From assembly GCF_000143415.4 (NCBI RefSeq), contig NW_003314339.1, positions 55,751 to 119,750 of the forward strand: DNA of 64,000 bases, given 5' to 3'. Position 1 is the stretch's first letter. Each line of letters begins with the position of its first letter. Position numbers and translations under genes: made by a program. The notes beneath the pieces were generated by a model, which saw only the letters and a program-made list of their open reading frames with translations, had not been told where the DNA came from and searched no databases. The DNA comes from Selaginella moellendorffii. Its lineage: Eukaryota; Plantae; Lycopodiophyta. Shown here one piece after another: positions 37,168 to 49,457 of this stretch.

Positions 37168-38718
37168 TTGTTTCTCTCGATGCTTTGGTCGAACTCGTTG
37201 GAGCTTGGAGGTTTGAAAAGCAAAAACCTTCACTCGTGGGCGCTCGTGGTCTCGTCCCTCATCAAAAGCGGAGACATAAAGGCCGCAAAGTCGGTCTTTG
37301 ATTCCATGCCCGGGTGGAATGTCGTGGTGTGGAATATGCTTCTTTGCGCATATGCCCGCCGTGGGCATACAATGGAATGTACAAACATCTTCAGTCTTAT
37401 GGCAGACAGGAACATCATTTCCTGGAATGCCTTGCTTCTCCTTTATAGAACCACTGGCGAAATTGATCAATCGAAGGTGATATTTCAGAACATGCCAGAG
37501 CATAACGTAGTATCATGGACAATTTTGATATCGGCATATGCCCGATTATGGGATCTGGAGAGTGCGAGGCATGTTTTTTATTCCATGCCCGAGAGGTCTC
37601 TCGTCTCCTGGACGGCGATGCTCGAATGTTATGTCCAGAGGCACGAGATGGAACTAGCGAGAAAATTTTTTGACGACATGCCCGAGCGTGACCTCTTCTC
37701 TTGGACGTCCATTCTCTGCGGGTACGCGAAGCTGGGAGATGCCCGCGCCGCGAGAGAGCTCTTGGATCGAATGCCCCTGGGAGACATCGTCTCGTGGAGC
37801 TGCGTGATCGAGGCACTCGTGAGGGACTCTCAGATTTCTGGAGCTCGCGAGATCTTCGACAATCTCCCAGTGTGTGATCTTCATTGCTCCAATGTGATGC
37901 TTGCAGCGTATGCCCAAAGAGGAGATCTAGAGGAGGCGAAAGCATTGTTTGATCGCATCCTTCTGAGAAACTGTTTCACTTGCACTTCTATGCTAGATGC
38001 ATTCTCTAAGTCTGGAAGAACTATTGAAGCGAAAGCATTTTTTGATAATTTTATGCCTGAGTGGAGCTTAGTTTCCTGGAACACCATGCTTGCAGCATTG
38101 GCCTTGAGTGGTCATTCGGAGGACGGACAAAGGTTCTTCGACTCGATGCCGGAGAAAACCTTGGCCTCCTGGAATTCTCTACTGGATGCTTACACTCTTG
38201 CTGGGAACGTTACGGCTGCTAAAGCGATCTTTGATAGAATGCTAGAGCGGGATAAATTCTCGTGGAACTCACTGCTCACTGCGTTCTCCCAAAATAACTA
38301 CGTGGATGAGAGCAAAGAACTGTTTAACAACATGAAGATCGTTGAATCACCAGACCAGGTATCATTCCTGTCAATCCTCCACACTTGCAGCCACACCGGA
38401 AATCTCAGCGATGGAAGATCACACTTCGTGTCAATGAGTCTGGATTTCAGCTTGGAGCCCACCAAGCACCACTTTTGCTGCATGATCGATCTGCTCGCAA
38501 GATCCGGTTACCTGGACCAAGCATGGCATCTGCTGGAAACCACGAATTCTACCAGTGAAGCCGGCTGGACGAGTTTTCTGGGAGCATGTCGAAACTTCCG
38601 CAATCCTCGGCTGGCTAAGCTAGCCACAGGCTCCATTCTCAACATGAATGCAGGCAACAGGGCAGCTTACGATTTGTACTTAAGTGTTTTGTCTCAAAAG
38701 AACAAAAATATAATTTGA
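37168..38718 (+). CDS. PLS-class pentatricopeptide repeat protein with E-like C-terminus (true start uncertain; ORF-track start is not ATG)
   Basis: Intronless ORF with repeated F..MPE.+vSW..++..ya units, ending PDQVSFLSILHTCSHTG...HFCCMIDLLARSG...WTSFLGAC. Confidence 0.93.
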   Translation: MFLSMLWSNSLELGGLKSKNLHSWALVVSSLIKSGDIKAAKSVFDSMPGWNVVVWNMLLCAYARRGHTMECTNIFSLMADRNIISWNALLLLYRTTGEIDQSKVIFQNMPEHNVVSWTILISAYARLWDLESARHVFYSMPERSLVSWTAMLECYVQRHEMELARKFFDDMPERDLFSWTSILCGYAKLGDARAARELLDRMPLGDIVSWSCVIEALVRDSQISGAREIFDNLPVCDLHCSNVMLAAYAQRGDLEEAKALFDRILLRNCFTCTSMLDAFSKSGRTIEAKAFFDNFMPEWSLVSWNTMLAALALSGHSEDGQRFFDSMPEKTLASWNSLLDAYTLAGNVTAAKAIFDRMLERDKFSWNSLLTAFSQNNYVDESKELFNNMKIVESPDQVSFLSILHTCSHTGNLSDGRSHFVSMSLDFSLEPTKHHFCCMIDLLARSGYLDQAWHLLETTNSTSEAGWTSFLGACRNFRNPRLAKLATGSILNMNAGNRAAYDLYLSVLSQKNKNII

Positions 38719-38828
38719 ATAATTAAATATGCCAAGTGGTTCTAAATACTATTATTATTTTTACAAGTCGTTGGCGGTCCAGGTTAGAACGATTGCCAAT
38801 CTTGTTTGCGCAATAGCTGACGAGAAAT

Positions 38829-40503
38829 GTGGCAATCCCACTCGCAGTGCACGCCTTTTGGAGCGGTTTATCCTCGGCGACCACATCCCAGGCGACGTGC
38901 TACGTACCACAGATGGCTGTGAGCCAATTCGTGTGCGTGAATCCCACCGCCGACTTCGAGAACAAGCACAAGGTGGAGGTTTCTCTGCCCCTGTTCGTGA
39001 TCAAACAAGCTACTGGCTTTCCAGACACCAACATTGAGGACAGCGGACCTCTGCTTGTGAGAGATCACTATAGCACCTTCTTGGCGATGATCCGGGACAG
39101 ATTCTACTGCGTACGCAGCCGCGCTGCTGCAAGGTGGTCGGCCCGTGAGGCATGTTATCATAGCAGGAAGCTCAGGAACTGGTAAGAGGACGCTATCTCT
39201 TGTGCGAGCTTCGTCATGCCGCGTTCAGGGACTGGAAGATCATCTGGGAAGAGTCTGCTCCACAGGTTGAAACGAGCCCGAGTTACTTCTTTCGGGGGAG
39301 TGAAGTCGGGAGTCAAGTTCGGAAAGGGATGGTTGGGAATTTCGATCATCTGGCTGACCGGGAGAAGACGGTGTTTCTGGTGAACGGGCCGTCTCTCAGG
39401 CCTGTACACAAGCTGAGCAAGGTGGTCGTGTTCTCGTTGGACTGGGATGAAACGCCATACGCCAAGCGGTTCCTCAAGGACACACGGACGCTGGTTCTCT
39501 ACATGCCAACGTGGAATCTTTGCGAGCTTGCGCTCTTGTCCGCGTCCAGGGCTAGAGACATCGAAGCCATGAAAGCTCGCTACGCACGCTTTGGTGGCTC
39601 GGCACGCGCGATATGTGACGAGTTCGATTGCCCGGACTACAACTCGAGGTTTGAAGTTGCTCTAGACGACGCCAGAAATGCCAGCGACCTAGATATCGTG
39701 AGAGCTCATCGACAGGATCGGGAATCCAGCAGCTACCTCTTCCATTTTAAAGTGCTCGACTCAACCTACACGACTGCTGCAGTCACGTACGCGTCTCCGT
39801 ATGTAAAAGCGAGGCTAGAAGCGGAACGGGTGCTCATGACAGGCATCAAAGAAGATATCAGATTCATCGAGAGGAAGAAGCGGATACCCCAGGAAGCGGC
39901 CATGGTCACGAGTACGTATGAACATCTGGTGCACTCTCTAGTGATGGGAGGCACCATGGCGGAGTGTACGTTCGCGAGTAGAAAGCTTTTGAGACAGGGT
40001 GAAGCTTCTTCGCCGTCAACCAGCTGCTACGGCATCTTCAGACACAGTGTGCTTGGGTTTTGGTTCCGAACTGTCACGCTTCCTCAAGCTCAAGGATGTC
40101 AAGGCCGAGGACCCTCTCTATTGAAATATGTTTATGGTCCTGACATATCAAAGGATTTTGCATCAAGTTCTGTATTTGCATGACTGCCCAGGATACTATG
40201 TCCCCGTTTACTGGCCGTGCCCGTGCTAGGACTCGCTTGCGGTTCTTCCGGGTGGCGAATGCTGGCTGCTGCGGATAACACGAAATGTGGAGCAGGATGC
40301 CTTGTTCGGCTACGTTGATGCAGCGATCCAGCGTTTCAAAGCTGTACGTGGTGCCGGAGGAGCTTTTCGCTTCGTACCCATACCAGAAGCTCATGTGGGG
40401 CAAGCAGGAGAGGAATTGGCCTAGCGTGGTCGGCATTCCAGACACAGCGTTTTGGGGGCTTTTGAGCGAGCAGTCTTCCAAGCGAGTGAGAACTGCTTGT
40501 TAA
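38829..40503 (+). pseudogene. Crinkler/RHS-type CR-NTPase plus putative restriction-endonuclease-fold domain, frameshifted
   Basis: LLVRDHY; out-of-frame Walker A HVIIAGSSGTGK (39151-39186); LYMPTWNLCEL, RYARFGGSARA, SSYLFHF, YASPYV, YEHLVH; C-terminal LYVVPEELFASYPYQK. Confidence 0.82.
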
Positions 40504-41749
40504 AAGCTTGTAAACCGTTTTTTTAATTTCATGGAAAGCCACGAGTACGATTTCACATATATTGCATCTCAATTTATTTTTTCAAAAATTGATTGTTATG
40601 CGAAATTTTTTCTGGCGAGACATGATGCCTCACATTCTTGAGGGGGGATAGCATTCTATCAAAGATCTCCTTCTGTGGCATACCGCGACTGCCCCACATT
40701 CTTCTGATGATGCTACGTAACAGCGCTGTAAATTCAAGTGGTTCTTGTTGAAAAAAATTTGCTTTTTGGTGTTAAGATTTGCAGGCCAGCTTTGAGAGGT
40801 TGGGCACTTACTTAATGCTATCCTCTAGACCCTGGCCATAAAGATTTAGCCTGAAAAACCACACAGTCTAAATCAGCCAGAGCAGTCAAGGGTCATTTGG
40901 AAGTAGCTGGCTAAGAACTTTACCATTTGAAACCATGGCACAATTTTGCATCCGTGTAGCAAGAAAGAAACCTATTCAACCATAGAAAATGATATTCTTT
41001 TGAGCTCTCATTCTCTTGGATGCCTTTTGGAGTGGACAAGCGTGATGAGCAAAACTCTTGCTACATGTCCCAGCTCAAGCATTCTCACCTGGAAGATCTT
41101 CATCAAGCTCTCCCTATGGATGGCATACGCACAGAAGAGCGAAATGCATTTATTGCAAGCTGCTTGAGATCACCCTGAAAACACACTCAAAGATAAGCCA
41201 GAAAAATGGAAAAGGAGTCGTGTCGAGTTTGTACCTCGAATGACTCGAGAGCGGTTTGCATGGCTGCAGCTGTTGGATGCATTTCTGCAACCTCGACGCC
41301 TGCAAATCTGAGAAAGAAACTTACGAGGGTGGAGGTCCTTCAGCCCCACGCCATATGTGCTTCCGCACATATGTTCTCAGTTCTTGGAGGTACTCGGCTT
41401 CACGCGGCTGTGGAACAAAGTTGCTTCTCCTTTCTTGGCAGTTCTTCGACGTTTTTCGAGTCCCAAAGCAAGGACTCACCAAAGAAGAGTTGGACCGTTA
41501 AAAAACGCATCGAGTCTGCTTCCCAACAGCATCTGAAATAGTTTCTTCGGTTCTCAGAGCTAAGAATCCATGGGCGAGAACTATTTACTGGAAACTGGAT
41601 TTCTGTATGTTCGTCCAAGGGACGAAGCAGTGAGCTTCCCGTGCAGTGGCTGAGGTCGAAGTTAATCGGAAATATGGACGTGCTACAGAAAACGAAGTAG
41701 CTCGCCATTGCGATATTGGTCTCGACAGAAGCTTCCAGCCAAGTATCAA

Positions 41750-42796
41750 CATGGCGCTCTCTTGTTCAAGGCTCGCCTCTAAGCAGGATGCGCAGCAAGC
41801 TACATTTGCTGGTGAATTCTCTTCCTACCGGGATCTCTGTGCCACTGTTGGTATTTTCCAACAGTGGGTTTGGATCGGACGAAGGCGATCTCAACAGAAG
41901 GCCGCCACCAGAAGAAGAGTTGCGCTGCTGCTTCAGCTACACAGATTGGACGGCGACAAGATCAGCAGCTGGATAGTTTTATCAACCACTGGGAAAAGCG
42001 AACACGGGTTCTACTGCAGTGAGACTCTAGCCAGGGGTATTGAGTGGCTCGCGACTTTAGCGCCGGCTCAGCCAGAGCTTCATGCTGTGGATCTCCGCGA
42101 CTTGGTGGCAGAAAAGCTCTACTCTACGTTAAACTCGTCACGGGAAGAAACCAAAGCCAACGTAGCAGTCTCCAACAAAGCGCTCCAGGACACTACAGCG
42201 GAGGTGACAAACGCTGCCAGTACGAGTCCCAGTCACTGGCCTCCTCCCGACCTTTTGACTTTGCCGGAAGATTCGTATTAGACACTCCTCCCGCAGGCTG
42301 GAACAGCTTTGCGACTTTGCAGCCAATTCGCTGGAGCTCTGCCGACTGCCTCCCTTTCCTTGCCTTGACGAACCGCGTTCGCTCTAGATCTCTCACCATT
42401 GTCGGTGGAGGCAATCCTCGACTGCGTGAGAGCTCAATACAAGTCCCTACTGGCTCCGCTGGAAGTGTACCTGAGCAATCTCGGCTACGAAGAACCGGAG
42501 GCTAACCGTTTCGCAGCCAGCATTTTGGATGGAGCGGTGCGGAAGGTGGCTCCCGGATCCTGGCGAAGGTGTTCCGGAGCATTTTCTGGACGAAGCTGAT
42601 GCGTCTGAACAGCGAGCCTCTCCCAACGGTTTATCTCTTGTTCTTTCACAGAGACGAGGTAGGGGACTTCGAAAAGAGTCTCGTGTTTGCGTCTCGGCTC
42701 CAAGGTGGCGTCGAGGAATTTCTTCCAGTCCAGTCGCTGCTACCTGAGTGTTTTCATCCAGCCTTTTGGCCACTAGCTGCCTCTGGTTCCGTCTGA
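41750..42796 (+). pseudogene. Unassigned coding-like region in several broken frames
   Basis: 211-aa ORF 41646..42281 and downstream protein-like frames; no family recognised. Confidence 0.3.
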
Positions 42797-43398
42797 GGTA
42801 GCACTGTCTCTTCTTCGTCCCTGGCCTTCGGGAGTAGACTCAAAAGCTCGAGCTCACTGCTGGTTCCACAAAACTCACAACCTTTTCCTGGATCGACTTG
42901 GGGACGTAGCTGCTCGTGCTCATGCCAGAAGGGATCGGCTTGGACGTTTTGGAAGTGACGAGCCCGAGGTCTTCAAGCTCGGGCAGCTACAAGAGGTTTA
43001 ACGAGCTCTTGAGTAGCTGCCACAGCGCCCAAACACTGTCTCTGGGAAGCTTACAAGTTACTTTGGCGTTTTTTGACAGAACTACTCGACAAATGTTTGC
43101 AACTTTGTAAATGTATTCATTTCTTTTCAAGGAAACCACAGAGTGCTTTGTGTAGATTCTCTCGTTTTGCCACTACCCATCGTTAGCTGGCCCTGGAACG
43201 TTGTTCAATGTCACCGTTGCAATCTCATGGCGTTGCAAAAACAAAAGGAAGTTATAAAGAAAACTAAAGAGAACATAAACTTGGGGTTGAAGCCTTTCAG
43301 TTCGTTGAACAAACATTTTGGTTAGAACAAACAGCTCACGAACCTGTTGAACTTCGACTTCCATATCGTTGGACAGCCAGAGTTTTCATGATCGTTCT

Positions 43399-44455
43399 TT
43401 TCATTGAGGTTGGACCATTGTCATGTACGTCTTTAACTGGATTGAAGTCAGAAGATTGCAGATGCCCAACGTTGTTTCTCAGCTCGCATGTCTTGCGTTG
43501 AGCGCAGCAGCAACATTGCTGACAATCTTTCCAAAATGTTGACACAGAATCTCTCCAATCTCGTAGCATTTTTCTTCTTGGACACAGCGTTTTTTAGTTC
43601 TTATCGTGGTTGAGCAGCACCAACATGTCACTTGTCTTTTTTAAGTTTCCCTTCGCGTTGAGAGTTCCTTGGACCATTGTTTTGCACTTAGCTTGTTTGA
43701 GTTGTTTGATCGAGCATATCATCTTAACTTGGACTGTGTCACTGGCTCCCTTTTGTTGCGTTGAGCATAACATTGAAAAGAAAGAGCGTCTTCAAACGTT
43801 GACACGAATTCTTGATCGCCTCTAGCCTCTCTTTTATCGTTGATCATTCTAGAGAATACATCTTAACTCGTTGCAAGCAAACTTACCTTGCAAGGGAGGT
43901 GGAGAGGTGCAAGAGTGACGGGGCCGGTCAAGGATCAGCGACGGATCATGATTGTTGTTTTCATTGAGGTTGGACCATTGTCGTGTAGAACTTCAGCAGT
44001 TCTGCAGATCGCAGTTTCCCAACGTTGTTTCTCAGCTCGCAGGTCTTACGTTGAGCGCAGCAACAACACAACTCAAAGCTCCAAAACGCTGACACAAAAT
44101 CTCTCCAATCTAGTAGCATTTTTCTTCTTGGCACACACTGTGTTTCAGTTCTTATCGTCGTTGAGCAGCACCAGCATGTCACTTGGCTTCTTCATCACGA
44201 GAAATTAGAACAAATCGAAACACACGCGAACCTGGCAACGTGAAACCAAGTATCGTTGATCGTTACTTTTGTTCATATTCAAACAGGGTTGTCCACATCG
44301 GTGAGTTTCCCTTCGCGTTGAGAGTTCCTTGGCCCGTTGTCTTGCACTTTGCTTGTTTGAGTTGTTTATTGTGTCACTGGCTCCCTTTTGCGTTGCAATC
44401 GAAAAGAGGTGTCTTCAAGCGTTGAGAGTTTCAACACGATTTCTTGATCGCCTAC
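43399..44455. repeat. Diverged tandem duplication (~43399-43825 and ~43959-44455)
   Basis: Colinear shared blocks TTCATTGAGGTTGGACCATTGTC, GTTGTTTCTCAGCTCGCA, GTAGCATTTTTCTTCTTGG and AGTTTCCCTTCGCGTTGAGAGTTCCTTGG. Confidence 0.85.
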
Positions 44456-45720
44456 GTCTTAGCTCGTTGCAAGCAGCTTCGCTTTCCAAAATCTCTGTCT
44501 TACTCGCTTATTGCTAAAGCCCTACTTACCTTGCGAGGGTGAGGCGAAGCGGCCTACCTTGAGCTGTGGAAGAGTCCAACCCCAACCCGTCCGTGACATC
44601 CACCGCCTTTATCAACGATGAACCCTAAACTTAAGCAAAGTACCCAGGACAAAAAGGGGAAGTTCTCAATTAATGAGCTACTTAAATATTCGATCTGGTT
44701 TTTCATGCGATCTCGGCTTGGAAGCAGTAAGGCAACACAACAGCGGAGGAGCTATTGGGTTCCAATATCCGACTTCTAGTACTTCTTTGCGGGAGAGATC
44801 CGCGAGTGTTATTCTATGTTTCTTGAGGTTTTACCAGCCTTCTGAATGCTCGGACAGGAACGGGAAAGGCGCTGGTATTTTTGGCTTCGGTTTACAAGCG
44901 CATAAACCGAAAACCGGTACATTTAGAGTTTTTGGTTTTCTTTCTGCCAACGTTGATGTTTGCATTGCGACACAGAGAGCCGAGAGGCCATAACCGGGCT
45001 TCACAATTTCAAAAATCACCGCCACGTTCTCACTCCACTCATCCGCGCCAAGAGACGAGACAAAAATCGCAAGCATCCTCGGTCTGAAGAGCAAGACGCA
45101 AGCCATTCGGCACCACAACAAAATCTAGCAAGCCCACGCCGGAGCGGGCGACGAGTCTGGAGCTCGGTGGAGCGAGGAGCATGGAGCTTGGAGTGGGGAG
45201 GGAGCAGGAGCGAGGAGAGAGGAGCTGAGACTTCCGCGACGCTCTACGATGCGATGTGGGCAATATCCATGGATGGGAATCGAGTCAAGAGCCCAGGTCT
45301 CGCAACCCCAGCCGAGAAGCACATAGATGTGGGCAAGTATGCAAGACAGCATGGTAGCTGAGAAAACGTAACAACTCGTTCAGACGATTATGAAGAACAG
45401 GACCACTCTCCAAAAAGGCAGGAGATTTACTAGCCCTGGAGAGGTTTCGCTGGCTGAAGTTGAGGAGTTAGAAAGGAAAGAAGAAGAAGCTCGACTGAAA
45501 GAAGCTCGACAAGAAGAAGAAAGGATGAAGTTCGAGGAAGCAAGCACAGGACGTGCACGGCACTGGTTCCGGTTTGTATTGACTCAGACTTTTTCTTTTT
45601 CCTCGTGAAGCTACGAGTCCGTCATCAATGATCCTTGGCTTGCAGATCCAACACGGATGAAAGTAACTTTGCAACAAGTATTAGTAGCGTAGAAAGACCT
45701 TGAAGTGCACGATACCTTAC

Positions 45721-46600
45721 CTGTGCACGTACTCTACAGCTTCACCTGGAGGATCATATTGCACTATGAAGCTGAGCCGCCGTGTAGCGACGTCCGTGCA
45801 CAGCAGCAGGTCCCTTTGAGCCTGTGAGAACTTGTGAAACGTGTCCTCATTCCCTCTCTTCGACATTGCCCTGTAGCTTTATACGTCGCAATCCAAAAAT
45901 CTCCCAGCATGGACCTATCATCGTCCATACGAAAACTTTAGAAACTAAAAAGTTACCTGTAGAAGCCCTTAGCAGAGCCACGCCCAGAAAAAATCCAAAC
46001 CTTCATTTGGCTCATGGCAACACTGGCATTGCAGACGTATCTTGCTTGACGATAAAATACACTGTAAAACCTTTTTGGTGTATTCAATATTAGCATTGGT
46101 GCGTAGACGACAAACCTATGGTAGGAGAGAGACTAATCTTGGAAAGCTTGTTCACTGCCGGAACGATAAAAGTTGCCTCTTGCTGCCATTACGCTGGTGC
46201 GTACCAAGGAAATCGAGAATGCTTCTGATATCCCGTGTCTAATAACCTGAAGGACAGAATTTTAGAAGGAGACATAGACTCACGGCATTTCCCATCAAAA
46301 ACAATCCATTGCAAAAACGCATACTGAAACGACGCCGTGTTCTTCAAATGATCCAGCAAGTAGCGATCAGAATGGTGATACGTGACTAGTCAGAATCTGG
46401 GATTTAATTCAAGACCAAACAAAGAACTTTAACACTCCTTTCCGCAGTCGCGACTTTCTCTTTCGCTCGGTTTTTTCCATCATGTGGCCTGGAACAAGCC
46501 AGTATAACCGGTGCACAAGCTACTCCGCCACATACTTGGGTGCAAAGCTCCCTCGTTGGAACGAGGATCACAGCTGCTGAGCTCGAGGACGTGCTGTTCC
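45721..46600 (-). pseudogene. RH17: DEAD-box RNA helicase DDX31/Dbp7 (RH17-like) pseudogene
   Basis: Exon relics NRAKEK.RLRKG, ITILIAT[deleted PGR]LLDHLKNTASF, LLDTGY, VNKLSKISL and LLLCTDVATRRLSFIVQYDPPGEAVEYVHR|gt. Confidence 0.85.
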
Positions 46601-48759
46601 ACGAGACCAGCTTGCGGGCTTGAAGCGAGAGACGAGATGCACTTGCTTGCCGAGGGGGTCAGAAACGTGGAGATGAAGGGTGCAGCGATCAAGCATGAAG
46701 TCGCTGCTAGTAGAAAGAGGGCGGAGAGCATGTGGATCGAGCTTCTGCTTGATCTTGTGGCTGCAAAGTGGAGGCTAGGGCTCGACTTCAACAGCTAGGC
46801 AGGTACTTCCTTAAAATTGTCACCAACAGCATGCAAGCACAAACAGGACAAAGTATATAGAAGTTCAAAACAGCCATAACAAACAAGCCAACACACTAAG
46901 GCCGAAGCAAGCTCACAACAACAAGGCTGGATCTCATTGTGGATATTTTATGCAACACAAAAACCTCAAGTTCCACTCGATCTGTCCTCTCCACATGTGA
47001 GTTTGGAGGATTGGAGCAAGGAACTCGGTGTTTGTAAATTCCAAAAGCTTTAAGTGCCTTCTCCTTCAGCGTTTTCAAGAAAGGTTCCTCCGAAGGTAAC
47101 TGCCAGTTTGTCCAGGTTTACTGGCTTGCTAAGAGCTCTAGCTACCAATGTTTAAGAAACTAACTAAGAAATGTTGGCTCATTATTCCAAGGAAGTATAA
47201 TATAGAACATCAAAGTTCCGAGACCCCTCCACAAATCTTCGAAATCAAAGTTGGCTTTGTGTCTGACGAAGATACTGCAATGTTGTGATGTTTGATGTCT
47301 TTTGATAGTTTTGCAGAGCTTGCTTCAGTGTCACTGGAAAGGAAAGGGAGCGGTGAGTCTCTAGATCAATCAGAATTTTCAATAGACGCTTACATTTTGA
47401 TGTCTTGACCTTGGGAGAGCCAAACTTTCAGAGCGGCAGTAGATATTCTGCGAGTCCAGCTTCGAGATGCCACGCTGCAATACAGTTTGAGATGAAAAAA
47501 TTTGAATAATACTGTACCTGGTGAATTCGTCGTCAACGTAGACATCCAGTACTTCCGTCAACACAAAAACGGGCCTGGAAGGCCTTTGAGGATTCTGAAC
47601 AAAACGTCCTCAGCAAGTGCATCATCATCATCACTAACGTTTGCTTCATTCCATCTAGTCGGCTGTTGAACGTTTCATCCTCTTGGCTTGAGATCCTAAA
47701 TTGGTCCAAACAGGCAAGGCGTGACCTTGAGCACCGTTCTGTACTTTCGATCCTGGATTAAGCTCTAAATCGACAAACACAGAGAACCTGCATGGGTCAA
47801 ACCTTAGAACAGCACACATGCTAAGACAGCGGTGGCGCATTGCCCTTCGAAGACTTTTGTGGAGGCCTGCTCGGCATGCTTCCTGAGCAGTAGAACATGT
47901 TCAGTAAAAACTTAACTCAGAAAACAAAACACCCTACCTATTCTTTTTCCAGATTGTGGAAAGACGAGGGAACCAAATGATCTGGCAAGCCCTTCCTCCA
48001 CAGTGTCTTCCTCTTACAGTGCCAACAATACATATAAGCATTTTGATGAGGGCTCCAATACCCACAGAGCATGCTGCAGCAGCGGAATCGGCCATACAAA
48101 TGGATCCGCGTTGCACCAGCGCCATGGCCAGGACAACAACATAGGATCGGATCAGATTGCTCTAGAAACAAGGTACTGGATTTCAATACCTGGATGCTGC
48201 CTCGCTCCTAGCGCTAACTAGCCCCTCGCTTCCAATGTCCAATCCGATGCTACAAAGGCAGTTTATGTGGTATTAAATGTGGCATGGCAATGTTAATTAA
48301 AACTTTATAAATTGTAATAACTTGATATCACTAATGAGGAGTGAGAGAGGATTTATGTAAGTTGTGGTGGCAGCCTGCTTGATCTAGTGAACCTCATCAC
48401 GGGTCTTCAAGTGCAGGAAGTAGATGGAAGTAGTTGTAGATGGCATGGTAGACGTGGCAAAGATTAGCATGGAAGTGGTTTTAGATGGCATGGTAAACAT
48501 GGCAAAGACTAGTGAAACATTTTATAGTTTCACATTCATGATTCATATTAAATTTAATTATTATTGAATTTCAAGAATTTGTAAATGTTTCATTTGAATT
48601 TCATTGATTGTGACATTCAGTTTTTTTTTCCCTAATAACATACACTATTAGAGTTTATGACTCTCCAAGACCCACATATTGCCACATGTCCCAACTGACG
48701 GTGATCTCAAATATACAACATCCTCATAGAATTGGCAATTGCTCAAAAGAAAGAAATTA

Positions 48760-49396
48760 AAGTAGAATGGGAAAACTTATGCAAGAACATGTATTAGCCA
48801 ACCTCCATTCTTCTTTGTCACTATTATCACCATGTGAAGGCTCCAAGCTAGGAGGTTCTATATCCAATCTTGAAAGATAAAGTTACAAAGCATGTTACAG
48901 ATGCTGTATATGTGCCATGGATCTCTTGCTCCATTTTCATGAGCATTCCTTTGGAATACCAAGCCTCTTTGGTCCATACTTCACGCCAAATCTTGGGTGC
49001 ACCATGCATCCTAAATTAACAAATAAATTTTGCAGTGCAATGCAATACATGATGATTATGCATTGAAGTGCCATGCAAAAACGTTGTGTGAGCATTCCAT
49101 AAAGTTCACGGTCAGACATGAGACTGAAGATAAAAGCATGGGTTTGAGCATCGTGCCCGTCCAGCAATCCCCACATCAACTCTATATCAAATGTGGGCTC
49201 TCCTGGAAGATCAAAAACATGAAAGCAAATCCAAGAACCCAAAGGAAAAAAAAGTACCTGAATTGAGCTCCGGAGGAGAATACTCCAGGCACGGCTGGCG
49301 CACCACCAACGAAGACCCTTTGACGATCTCTTTGAGATGGCCTGTGAGAACCAGAGCTCTTCGAGTTGCCACACAGCTGACTTGTCCAGCCTCCAT
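48760..49396 (-). pseudogene. ACX3: Acyl-CoA oxidase 3-like, N-terminal fragment
   Basis: RRALVLTGHL...QPCLEYSPPELNS|EPTFDIELMWGLLDGHD resembles the ACX3 N-terminus (PTS2-like RA-x5-HL; CLQYSPPELN, FDV..MR.LLDGH); decays downstream. Confidence 0.8.
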
Positions 49397-49457
49397 CTTT
49401 TCGTGTCAGTGATCTGTTTCTTTCCCCTCGAGCTTAAAACGTAACCAAGAGTGCCGT

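Noticed and set aside
47379-48250. Spliced gene-like fragments on the minus strand
   Set aside because: Splice-like signals are present but I found no consistent frame or recognisable family.
48425-48512. 45-bp two-copy tandem repeat
   Set aside because: Real but trivial; no evidence of function.
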